Below, in pieces: positions 28,482 through 39,244 of a stretch of DNA of 64,000 nucleotides. The notes under the pieces are model-generated. The model saw only the letters and a program-made list of their open reading frames with translations. It was not told the DNA's origin and did no database searches. This DNA is from Eledone cirrhosa (lineage: Eukaryota). The stretch lies in NCBI GenBank assembly GCA_964016885.1, contig OZ024741.1, forward strand, positions 132,494,001-132,558,000. Reading direction: 5' to 3'. Made by a program: the position numbers and the translations under genes. Each line of letters starts with the position of its first letter. The stretch's first letter is position 1.

Positions 28482-30896
28482 TCAGAAATAATGATATTTG
28501 TTTATTGAAAAAACCAACAAAGATTTAATATAATAGGTCTGTTTGGGAACATGTTTTGAATTGACCAATAGAAAAGTAGCAAGAGGTCAAGTTGACAGAA
28601 TAGTAGTAGTAGAAATTTAATTTAGGGGTAGAGGAATGCAGACTTAAGTTTTGAATGGAAAGATTACTTTGAATGAAAAGAATACTTTGGGGATGAAAAG
28701 AGGTCAAGCCGGTGGAAGGTACACGAACATTTGATGCTATTAAAGAATAATGTTAATGTTAAAACTGAAGGAGAATAACATTTTAGGGTAAAGGTGTTAG
28801 TGAGAAATACCAATCTTATTTAAAAACACAAGGAATTTAGATCTATAACAAGAAATTAAATTAACTGATAGGTATACTTATAGGGATAAATTTATATTAA
28901 TTCATATGGATGTGATAAATAAGAATTAGATGTTATTAAAGAATGTTGTTAAAAACGAAGGAAAATAAAATGTTGGGATAAATGTAGTAGTGAGAAATAC
29001 CAATCTTATGTAGACTACAAGGAATCTAGATTCATAACAGGAAATTAAATTAATTTATATGTATACTATGAGGTATTAATTTTAGGAAAAGAGAGTTGTA
29101 AGAGGGAAATAAAATATGAAGTTCTCTGTAGTAAAGTACTAATTATAGGTTAACTAAATTAAAAAAATTAATTATAATAATATGTAAAATATAAGTGTAA
29201 GGTGTATATTAATTAGGTTTATAATATTCGAAAGTTCTTCTAATTCTATGATTGCAAGATATAATTAATTCTTGTCGCTTATTTAATAGGATATCCTTAG
29301 ATTTCATTATTTCCAAAAGTTCCTGGGAGCATAATCTACACTCATATCTGTTATTTTGATAAGAGGTGGCCCTTTTGAGCACACTCCAGGTCAGGTTGTA
29401 ATCGATATTCTTTTTTCTCTAGTTATTAATTGTTTCAGCCAATGGTGTTGTATTAGCTAATGCGGTATTTTTAAAACTATGTTTGTGGGTATTAAATCTT
29501 ACTTTAAATTGGTTAGATGTAGCTCCTATATATGAATAAGTTGAGTCCTTAGTGCTAATTTTACATTTATATACTATGTTATTAATAAGACAGTTTCCCT
29601 TTAATGGGCAATTTCTTTTGTTTCTACAGTTACAACCATTCGTTAATATTATATCAGGGGAGTTGGTCAAATTTGGTGTGGAATTTACTCGACTTGTTAT
29701 ATGTGAAGGAGATGGTGGTTTGTTGCGGTTTATTTTAGTAATATGGTTGGTTTGATGTGTTGGTTGTATATTCGTGGTTTTTTTACATTTATATGCATTG
29801 TACGCACTTATATTTTGTTGTATATTTTTGGTAGTGGAGTAGGAAAATTTGACAGTTGATCTATTTAAAATTTGATGGTATTTATGGTTTGGCGGGAAGT
29901 TTTTCTCTAGGATAGTAAAAAGGTTTTTAGGGATATTATCTTTAATTTGTAGATTAAATGGAGCATTATACCAAGTAATTCGTCTATTACGGTTTCGATG
30001 TTGTTTTTTATATTTATACGATGTATCAGGATGTTTACTAAGAGAATTAGTATTAGTGAATTTATTATATATAGGTTTAGTTAGATTACCTGATTTAGGC
30101 TGATTTAGGTGTTTTAGTCTGATTATTAGGAATTTTGTTAGTAATGTTATTAACGTATATTGGAGTATTAGGATGAATGTTTTTTTAAAGTTATTATATT
30201 TTATGTGAGAAGAGGTAGAGAAATTAAGTTTTAGGTTGGTATTTTTGGGTGTAGTGTGAGTGGCATTTAGGTGTGTGTTTTTCATTTGGTGTTTGTTGGT
30301 AATATTGGGTTGTATGTTTGAAGTATTATTGGTGCAAGGTATATAAACTAATTTGTTTTTGTGGCCGTTTCTAGCTAAAGCTTCGTTATAAAAGGGCGCG
30401 TTTTTATCGAATACATCCTGGTTAGATGAAAGGTTAGAAATTCTGAGTGAGATATTATATGCTAGGTTTTTAAGGATAGATCTAGGGTGATTGGATTGTG
30501 AGTGTATGTAATGTAAGTTTTGGTTAGGTTTATGGTAAGGTTGGTAGGTACCCGTAGATAAGTCTAAAGTTATATCTAGGAAATTAACTATTTTACTGGT
30601 GTTTTCAAATGTAATAGTGAGACTATAATAGTCTTTGAGGAAAGTTTTTTAGTTTTTTCAATTTCTGAAACCCCTCCCCTTCTCTAGTATACTTTTTTTG
30701 ACCTTCTATCCTTAGAATCTGCTGTAGTTATCACTTTCAACGCTTGACTGGGTTTCCTCCACTCCCATTCCCTCTTTCTTCTACTGGCAAGTTCAGCTAC
30801 CCCTACCTTCCACAAAATGCCATGATAGAATCATGTGTCTCAACAACAAACTTTTGACCAATCCTTGTGAAAATCACTTTCACCATATATGGAATT

Positions 30897-30992
30897 ACCC
30901 CCTGAGAAGTTCGGCTATTCCTTTACCAGGATTAAAATGTTTGTTTAGTCCAGAATTAGCCGTCGAAACGGCTTTAACTCAGCCGTCGGGGT
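30897..30992 (+). ncRNA. Degenerate type I hammerhead motif with full stem III
   Basis: ACCCC-CTGAGAA-GTTCGGCTATTC...GAATTAGCCGTC-GAAAC-GGCT..AGCC-GTC-GGGGT; core deviates from CUGANGA; 3' half also present at 59363-59499. Confidence 0.6.
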
Positions 30993-31002
30993 CCTACTTG
31001 TT

Positions 31003-31052
<50 letters not shown>

Positions 31053-31180
31053 GATACTTTTACATAGATCTATATGATATACATACCAACACACACATAT
31101 ATATCGTGGAAACGATCGTAAAATGATGAATTTTTTAATATAAGGAACTGTTTTTTTGTTTTTATTCATTATTTTTATTA

Positions 31181-31315
<135 letters not shown>

Positions 31316-31719
31316 AGTATGAATTCTGCATGTAAGTATATATGTATGTGTGTAGACATGTTTTTGTTTTTTTTTCATGATATTCAATGTCGTATGGTGA
31401 AAGGTTGAAGAATTGTACGATTTCATCAGATATCGGTTCTGAATGTGAACTTAATCTTCGTAATCCTGTAGGCTTAATGGCTAGCGGATCAATATATATA
31501 AATATATACAGACATGTGTGTGTGTGTGCCTGTCACTCTGTGTGTGTGTGTGTGTGTGTACTTATATATCTATATGTATACATAAACATACATGCATACA
31601 TATATATATGTATATGTAGTGTGTGTGTGTGAGAGAGAGTGTGTGAGAGTGTGTGTGTGTGTACTTATATATCTATATGTATACATATACATACATGCAT
31701 ACATATATATATGTATATG

Positions 31720-31830
<111 letters not shown>

Positions 31831-32160
31831 TGTGTGAGTGTGTGAGAGTGTGTCTGTGTGTATTTATATATCTATATGTATAAGTATACATACGTGCATA
31901 CATATATATATGTATATGTAGTGTGTGTGTGTGTGTTTACTTATATATCTATACATATACATACATGCATACATTGCATACATATATATATGTATATGTA
32001 TATGTATACATGTATGTATATATAGATATGTATATATACATACATGCATACATATATATATGTATATGTATATGTATACATGTATGTATATATACATATG
32101 TATATATACATATATATATATATAAAAGAAATCAAAGACGCTCCGTCGTCTACGTAAATA

Positions 32161-32231
<71 letters not shown>

Positions 32232-32234
<3 letters not shown>

Positions 32235-33040
32235 CTTCTAACGACCATATTTTCAACGACCATTCCACATATTACAATGAAGCTCTTGCTCGGAGTGGAT
32301 TTGTCGATAAGGTAGCATATACAGAGTACGAGAATAGATCTAGAAGAAATAGATCCCATCGCATTATATGGTATAACCCACCATATAATATGGAGGTGGC
32401 CACACCATTAGCTAAGATGTTTCTCTCCCTTATTACGAAGCATTTTCCCCCTACACATAAATATAGTAACATGTTTAATAGAAATACTATTAAAATTTCT
32501 TACTCTACGACTCCTAACCTTGCACATAACATCACAGCTTCAAATTTAGCTAAACTACCTAGCCGTAGGAACATGTGCAACCCTGTAGTTAGTACTAACT
32601 GTAATTGTAGGAATCGGGTTGACTGACCCCTATCAGGGAAATGCCTCTCTAGTAACATTGTCTACAAATGTAAGGTTGAAACACCCACGTCCTTTAGAGC
32701 CTACATAGGGTTAACCGCCAATAGATTCAAGCAGCGTCTTTACATGAATACCCATTCTTTTCGTTACCCTCTAAGAAGGAATATGACGTCACTTTCAGCT
32801 TATATCTGGAGTCTAAAAGAAAACTTCACCCAATATAAGTTACACTGGGAGATCCTAGCTAGGGCTAGATCGTATAACGGAAATAAAATACCATGTGACC
32901 TCTACGCCGCTGAGGCCCTGGAAATACTCTACGCCACAGGCCACATCTTAAACAAAAAATCTGAGGCAATTTCGGCATGTAAACATAAATTGCACAAAAC
33001 TTTCCTGTATTACAGCCCCACATTATACCCTAACGGATAG
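32232..33040 (+). pseudogene. Penelope C-terminal region with GIY-YIG endonuclease; single in-frame TGA at 32624-32626
   Basis: ORFs 32171-32626 and 32744-33040 share one frame and are separated only by TGA. Confidence 0.85.
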
Positions 33041-33965
33041 TACGATCTATACGCGGATATTTTACGTCTTGATGTCGTAGCTAAGTATATGTTATGTTTA
33101 TACCTTTACTTATTTGTATAGGTAAGTATATATTACCTGTATGTTTTGTGAAGGTACGTATACCTTCTCGTACGTATATTTGATTGTATATGTTATGGCG
33201 TATATTTTATATATTCTGGTGCATATGCTTTTGGTTATGTGTATACGTGAGTTTTGCGTCTGTGTGAGTATGCGGGCTCGTACGTATGTAGGGTGCGTGT
33301 ATATGTGTACTTCGTGTTTTGGTTGACGTACGTCTCCGTACATATGTGTATTTACATGTAGGTATGTGTGTGTGCTTGTTATATACGTATTTATTTATTT
33401 ATATACGTTTATTTAATTATTTGTATACACGCATACACACACACACATATTTATATGTGCGTGTATTTGTATGCCTATGGCGAGTGTTTTCTCGTATGCT
33501 TGTGTATGTACGTATATGGATGCGTGTATGTATTTATTTAATTTCAATTACCTCTGTATTCTATCTACTTTATTCTTAACTCTGAAGCCGAGAATCATTC
33601 GGTTTCCTAGTTAGAATTTTAGTCTACGACTTCAGTTATACCATTTACGTGGTTTTGTCTTTGTGTGCAATTGTTCTCCCTGCTCCACATATGACGTATT
33701 ATCTTCGTTTTTTCCGTTCAATGCCAGAGAACGTCTCTATGAACCATCTAATAGAATATTAGTCTACGACTTCTTTTATACCATAAACGTGGTTTTGTCT
33801 TTGCGTGCAATTGTTTTTCACCGCTCCAAATAATGACGTATTATATTCGTTTTTCCCGTTCTTTGCCAGAGAACGTTTCCACGAACCAAAGTATCGTCTT
33901 CCTGTCTTCCTCCGGTTGCAACGTTTTTTGAAATATTACTTCTGCGTTCACAGATTGACTTTGTT

Positions 33966-34016
33966 AGTTTCAGAAGATCCCGTTAAGGGTGAAAGCAGCG
34001 ATTCTTTGCTTAAACT
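33966..34016 (+). ncRNA. Hammerhead-like motif with variant core CAGAAGA
   Basis: AGTTT-CAGAAGA-TCCC GTTAA GGGT-GAAAGCA..TGC-TT-AAACT; all three stems can be drawn; sits in the pseudo-LTR position. Confidence 0.6.
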
Positions 34017-34123
34017 TTAATCTGTTATTTTAATAAATATTTGCTCTACGGTTCTTATATATTTGATATATATTTATCCTTATCGAGCCCTCTTTGGATT
34101 TTAGTCTTCAAATTTATTATTAT

Positions 34124-34250
<127 letters not shown>

Positions 34251-34286
34251 ATTAATAAATGGAAACTATATTTATAAAACCATATT

Positions 34287-34347
34287 TATTCTATTATATA
34301 TATTTCAAGGGTACCAAAACCTTGGTACGCTCTCATCAGATAAAATA
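34287..34347 (-). ncRNA. Type I hammerhead motif within fold-back 34248-34468
   Basis: Minus strand: TATTTTAT-CTGATGA-GAGCGTACCAAG GTT TTGGTACCCTT-GAAAT-ATAT-ATA-ATAGAATA. Confidence 0.85.
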
Positions 34348-34470
34348 CAAAATTTGTTTTATAAACATTGACATATCGAGGAAGATCTTAACGGTTCAAG
34401 TTTTTCCTTGAAATATATATAATAGAATAAATATGGTTTTATAAATATAGTTTCCATTTATTAATATCAT

Positions 34471-34536
<66 letters not shown>

Positions 34537-34601
34537 ACATACATGTATATATATGTGTGTGTGTGTGTGTACTTATATATGTATATTTATACATATATAT
34601 T

Positions 34602-34676
<75 letters not shown>

Positions 34677-34692
34677 GTATATATATTTAATA

Positions 34693-35016
34693 ACTGGCAC
34701 ACAATCGATTACGACGGCGTGTGTTCCAGTTGTTCAATTAATGTAACAGTCTCCTCGTGAGATTAACCAGCCAGTGGTTGAGCATTCTACAGAAACGTGT
34801 ACCATTTATGTAGTTCTCAGGGAGATTCTGCGTGACATAATTTGTGACTTGGCTGGCTTTTCGAATTACAGATGCAACTCTTATTTTGCCACATGGTTGG
34901 ACTGGAGCAATGTGAAATAAAGCGCCTTGCTCAAAGACACAACGTGCCGCCGGGAATCTGACTTACAACTTTACCATCGCGAGCGGAAAACCCTAATCAC
35001 TAAACCACTTGCCTTC
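34693..35016 (-). mobile_element. Second tRNA-derived SINE family, diverged
   Basis: Minus strand begins AGGCAAGTGGTTTAGTGATTAGGG (A-box-like), then GATTCCCGG, then GTGTCTTTGAGCAAGGCGCTTTATTTCACATTGCTCCAGTCC, resembling a conserved SINE central domain. Confidence 0.6.
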
Positions 35017-35017
35017 T

Positions 35018-35108
<91 letters not shown>

Positions 35109-35139
35109 ATATATATGTGCATAAATAAATAAATATATA

Positions 35140-35450
35140 CAGAGAGAATTAGGATTTAGCTTCAGGCATAGCTGCATACAGATATGTATAGAAATTTCGT
35201 ATTTTCTAAAGAAACACTATGTTTACAGGCAAATATTTAGGAAGCCGTAGCTAGGCAAAAAAAAACACTGGGGCTAAAGCCCTCTGGTGGTGGTCAGTAG
35301 AAGCTAGGGGGACAATCGTCGATACATTTCAGACTTAACTGGTGTTTCATCAGGACGATCCCTCCATCGCTTGCGACTGCTTGAATGTATATGTTTATTT
35401 ACATATCTCGCTCGTTTCACCCTATTTACTTGTCCCAATAACTTTATTTA
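35140..35450 (-). mobile_element. Diverged copy of the ~322 bp hammerhead-bearing repeat; hammerhead at 35315-35359
   Basis: Aligns with 38446-38770; minus strand ATCGTC-CTGATGA-...-GAAAT-GT-ATC-GACGAT. Confidence 0.75.
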
Positions 35451-35596
35451 GTTATTGCTCGCACCAACCAGAGGTATATGATTTTTAAAGCGATGAAATA
35501 CCAATGAAGGTTGGAAGATCACTGATGAAGGACTAATTTTATTCATATGTAACCCATGTGCAGCCACGCAGCACTCCATTTTTCTTATATATATAT

Positions 35597-35670
<74 letters not shown>

Positions 35671-36027
35671 GCTAGAAACATTATAGAAAATTAACACAAA
35701 CATTTTATTTTGATTTTAATTTTAAACCCCTTCGTTTTTAACTACAATCAACTCTTTTTAATTTTTTACACTCAATATTTGATAAGATGGATTTTAATAA
35801 CACATTGAAACCGGTAATTCTTCATATACTTTATACATTATAAAAAATTCTATTTTAAAGAATTGTCCCTCTCATTTTTTTTTTTAAATAATGTTATCTT
35901 TCCATAATGTCACTTTGACGAATCAAAAAAGAAAAACAGAACCTTAAATATATTTCCCGTGCTATTTCCAACTTCAGCTTTTTTCTATATCCACTGTTTT
36001 GTATAGAAGCTTTACTTCCCTTTTATA

Positions 36028-36081
<54 letters not shown>

Positions 36082-36085
36082 TTAT

Positions 36086-36356
36086 GTTGACTTTGCCTTT
36101 CATCCTTACGGGGTCGATAAAATAAAGTACCAGTAATGCACTGGTAATTGCTGGCCTTGTGCCTAAAGTAGAAACAATTATTATTATCGGTAGAGGGTCG
36201 GACGCCAAGCTTTGACACAGAGTTACGGCCCTTTCCATTCTGAGTTCAAATCCCGCCGAGGTTAACTTTGCCTTTCATCCTTACGGGGGTCGATAAAATA
36301 AAGTACCAGTAATACACTGGATTATAATTGCCTTGTGCCAAAAGTAGAAACAATTA
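36086..36356 (+). mobile_element. Two tandem copies of the tRNA-derived SINE
   Basis: Same core as 768-1078; (ATT)n tail. Confidence 0.85.
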
Positions 36357-36433
36357 TTATTATTATTATTATTTTCATTTACATTATTCTCCCATGTATC
36401 TATAAATACGAGTGCCCTGTGTTATGGACGCAT

Positions 36434-36546
36434 CAGTATTCTGACGATTTGGTCGGGTATGGACTGTAATTAAGGTCGAGTGACGTAACTTCTAACGATC
36501 AGCGGCTTTTAGACTCACCTGATTAAAGAAACAATTGTTACTATTG
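36434..36546 (+). ncRNA. Type I hammerhead motif with long stem II
   Basis: CAGTATT-CTGACGA-TTTGGTCGGGT...ACCTGATTAAA-GAAAC-AATT-GTT-ACTATTG; palindrome AACAATTGTT; one mismatch in stem I. Confidence 0.75.
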
Positions 36547-36594
36547 TAAATAAACCCTATTGTACAGCCGACCATGTTATTCTTCATTCTTTTG

Positions 36595-36673
<79 letters not shown>

Positions 36674-36872
36674 GCTCATTTATTTATTTCCAATCATGAA
36701 ACAAATAGGGCTTTGTGTTTTTTGCATCACTGTGTTTGTCTCAATCCTGAAATAAATAGGACTATATATATATACAGATATATATGGAAAGTTATATTTA
36801 AAATTGTTGGGTTACAACTAGTAAATATTTATAACTGATATAAAAGCACTCGACAAATATTTGGAGTATATT

Positions 36873-37132
36873 TACAATATTAAATAAATGGAAACTATAT
36901 TTATAAAACCATATTTATTTCATTATATATATTTCGGGGATATCATATTAACAATATGCTATGCCTTCCTCAGACAAAATACAATATAAACAGTTTTATA
37001 GATAAATAGAACTGTTTATATTGTATTTTGTCTGAGGAAGGCATAGCATATTGTTAATATGATATCCCCGAAATATATATAATGAAATAAATATGGTTTT
37101 ATAAATATAGTTTCCATTTATTTAATATTGTA
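36873..37132. repeat. Apparently perfect palindrome (~123 bp arms, 14 nt spacer) carrying a hammerhead on each strand (36916-36981 minus, 37024-37089 plus)
   Basis: TATTTTGT-CTGAGGA-AGGCATAGCATATT..AATATGATATCCCC-GAAAT-ATAT-ATA-ATGAAATA and its mirror image. Confidence 0.9.
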
Positions 37133-37135
37133 TAC

Positions 37136-37247
<112 letters not shown>

Positions 37248-37406
37248 CAAGATTCCAAAACACAAAGTCCTATTTATTTCACGATTGAGAAGTAAAGGAG
37301 GGCTATATATATATGTGTGTGTGTAGGTGTTTGTGTGTGCGTATGTGAAGGATGTATCCAATACTCTATTAATTAATAGAGTTAAATATATATATATATA
37401 TATATA

Positions 37407-37597
37407 TAGAAGCTTTCGCCGTATATTTTTTTACTAAATATATTTTAGCGTGATATTGGGGTTTAGAACCCTCTAAGAAATGGAAAAAGATGCGTAGTGA
37501 CGTACAATAATCATATTTGTCCATTTGCTAGAGAGTTCGAAACCCCAGTATCACGGTAAAATTTCTTTAGTAAAAAGAAATACAGCGAAAGCTTCTA
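37407..37597. repeat. Diverged fold-back inverted repeat (~80 bp arms)
   Basis: TAGAAGCTTTCGC..CGTGATATTGGGGTTT vs AAACCCCAGTATCACG..GCGAAAGCTTCTA. Confidence 0.75.
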
Positions 37598-37661
37598 TTT
37601 CTAATTTCAAACTAATTCGCTGTTTCAAAAACATACTTATATATGGTTTATGTTTCTGTTG

Positions 37662-37751
<90 letters not shown>

Positions 37752-37860
37752 GGGATTTCAGTTTCTAATGTACGACTGTGTTGCCTGTCACATTCACTGG
37801 CATAACGGACACGGACTGGAATCGAATGTTGTCGATCGATTGCTTATTGATTAGGAGAAA

Positions 37861-37930
37861 CCCGCTGATGAGACAGTGGATGCTGGGCACTCTATTGCTG
37901 CATTAATTGTGGCCGAAACTCGAGTACGGG
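37861..37930 (+). ncRNA. Type I hammerhead ribozyme motif
   Basis: CCCG-CTGATGA-GACAGTGGATGC...GCATTAATTGTGGCC-GAAAC-TCGA-GTA-CGGG; palindrome ACTCGAGT; GUA triplet. Confidence 0.85.
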
Positions 37931-38305
37931 TATTGTTTTAAGGTACCTATTTACGTGTGTTGTATTGAAGCAAATAACTTTGTGTCTACTCTGGGATGTT
38001 TACATAACATTACCTATTGAGTACGCTGAGATGCAACCGGTACTAGCAGTGAATCTTATACTATTCCCGTCAACTTCTCATCATGCACATAGAACCAATT
38101 ATATTTATACTTGTTGTTGTTGTTGTATTTGTTATTATAATCTAGATTCATATTTATGGTAAATTTTCTGATGTTTTTGTCTTTCTCTTTTCTCTCACTC
38201 TTTGTCAAGTTTTAATTGCGTGTGGTCTTATGTGTATGTACATGTGTGTGTATATAAATATATATGCATCATGCATATATATGTGTGTGTGTGTGCATGT
38301 GTATA

Positions 38306-38342
<37 letters not shown>

Positions 38343-38399
38343 AATAGTGTGTGTATATAAATATATATGCATCATGCATATATATGTGTGTGTGTGTGC

Positions 38400-38445
<46 letters not shown>

Positions 38446-38453
<8 letters not shown>

Positions 38454-39191
38454 AATAGGATTTTGTTTCAAGCATAGCTTTATACAATATGTATAAATAT
38501 TTCCTATTTAGAAAGAAATACGGTTTTAGGAAGCCGTAGCTATCTAAACACCGGGGGCTAACGCCCTCTGGTGATGTCCTGCAGAAGCAATGGGGTCAAC
38601 CGTCTATGCATTTCAGGCTTAACTGGCTTTCGTCAGGACGGTCCCTCCCACCGCTTGCGACTGCTGGACTAGGATATAGGCGAGAATATATAGTTTTCTC
38701 GTCTGTGTAAATGAGGTAATTAATCTCATTTGCATATGAAGCTGCATAAGTTGGCTCAACTTATAATAAAAAAGAAATAGGATTTCGCTTCAAGGGGGCG
38801 ATAGCCCCCTGGTGTTTGCATTGCGACGGCTTCCTAAAACTGTATTTCTTTGGAGATACGAAATATTTATACATATTGTATGAAGCTATGCTTGAAGCGA
38901 AATCCTATTTCTTTTTTATTATAAGTTGAGCCAACTTATGCAGCTTCATATGCAAATGAGATTAATCACCTCATTTACACAGACGAGAAAACTATATATT
39001 CTCGCCTGTCTCCTAGTCCAGCAGTCGCAAGCGGTGGGAGGGACCGTCCTGACGAAGGCCAGTTAAGCCTGAAATGCATAGACGGTTGTCCCTCTTGCTT
39101 CTGCTGGACATCATCAGAGGGCGTTAGCCCCCCGGTGTTTGCATAACTACGGCTTCCTAAAACCCTATTTCTTTGGAGATACGAAATATTT

Positions 39192-39199
<8 letters not shown>
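38446..39199. mobile_element. Retrozyme-like ~322 bp tandem unit in inverted arrangement; hammerheads at 38599-38642 (minus) and 39043-39086 (plus)
   Basis: AAAAGAAATAGGAT at ~38448 and ~38770; GGGCG.TAGCCCCC at ~38796 and ~39119; ACCGTC-CTGACGA-AGGC CAGTTAA GCCT-GAAAT-GC-ATA-GACGGT. Confidence 0.8.
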
Positions 39200-39235
<36 letters not shown>

Positions 39236-39244
39236 ATATATATA

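Larger units (their letters stand above)
28112..30660 (-). mobile_element. 5'-truncated Penelope-like (Naiad-type) element; inverted partial pseudo-LTR at 31055-31190
   Basis: VNFLDITLDL..YQPYHKPN (~30530-30590), ITWYNAPF, QILNRSTVKFSYS, CNCRNKRNCPLKGNC, IVYKC..SYIG, CRLCSQE..CNH ending ~29210; 28112-28240 is inverted at 31055-31190. Confidence 0.88.

Noticed and set aside
28740-29070. ~195 bp diverged tandem duplication
   Set aside because: An ordinary internal duplication in a Penelope 3' region with no further structure.
31380-31435. Minus-strand CTGATGA with TCGTA/TACGA stem
   Set aside because: GAAA, stem III and cleavage triplet are incomplete.
33738-33772. ATGAA...AA...CGAC as a SECIS for the 32624 TGA
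   Set aside because: The lower helix is unpaired and the motif spans the junction of a tandem duplication.
35520-35580. CTGATGAAGGAC resembling the 5176 hammerhead
   Set aside because: No closing stem II or GAAA.
35775-35820. GAAACCGGTA palindromic stem III-like motif
   Set aside because: The upstream core reads TTGATAAGA and the stems are too degenerate to call.
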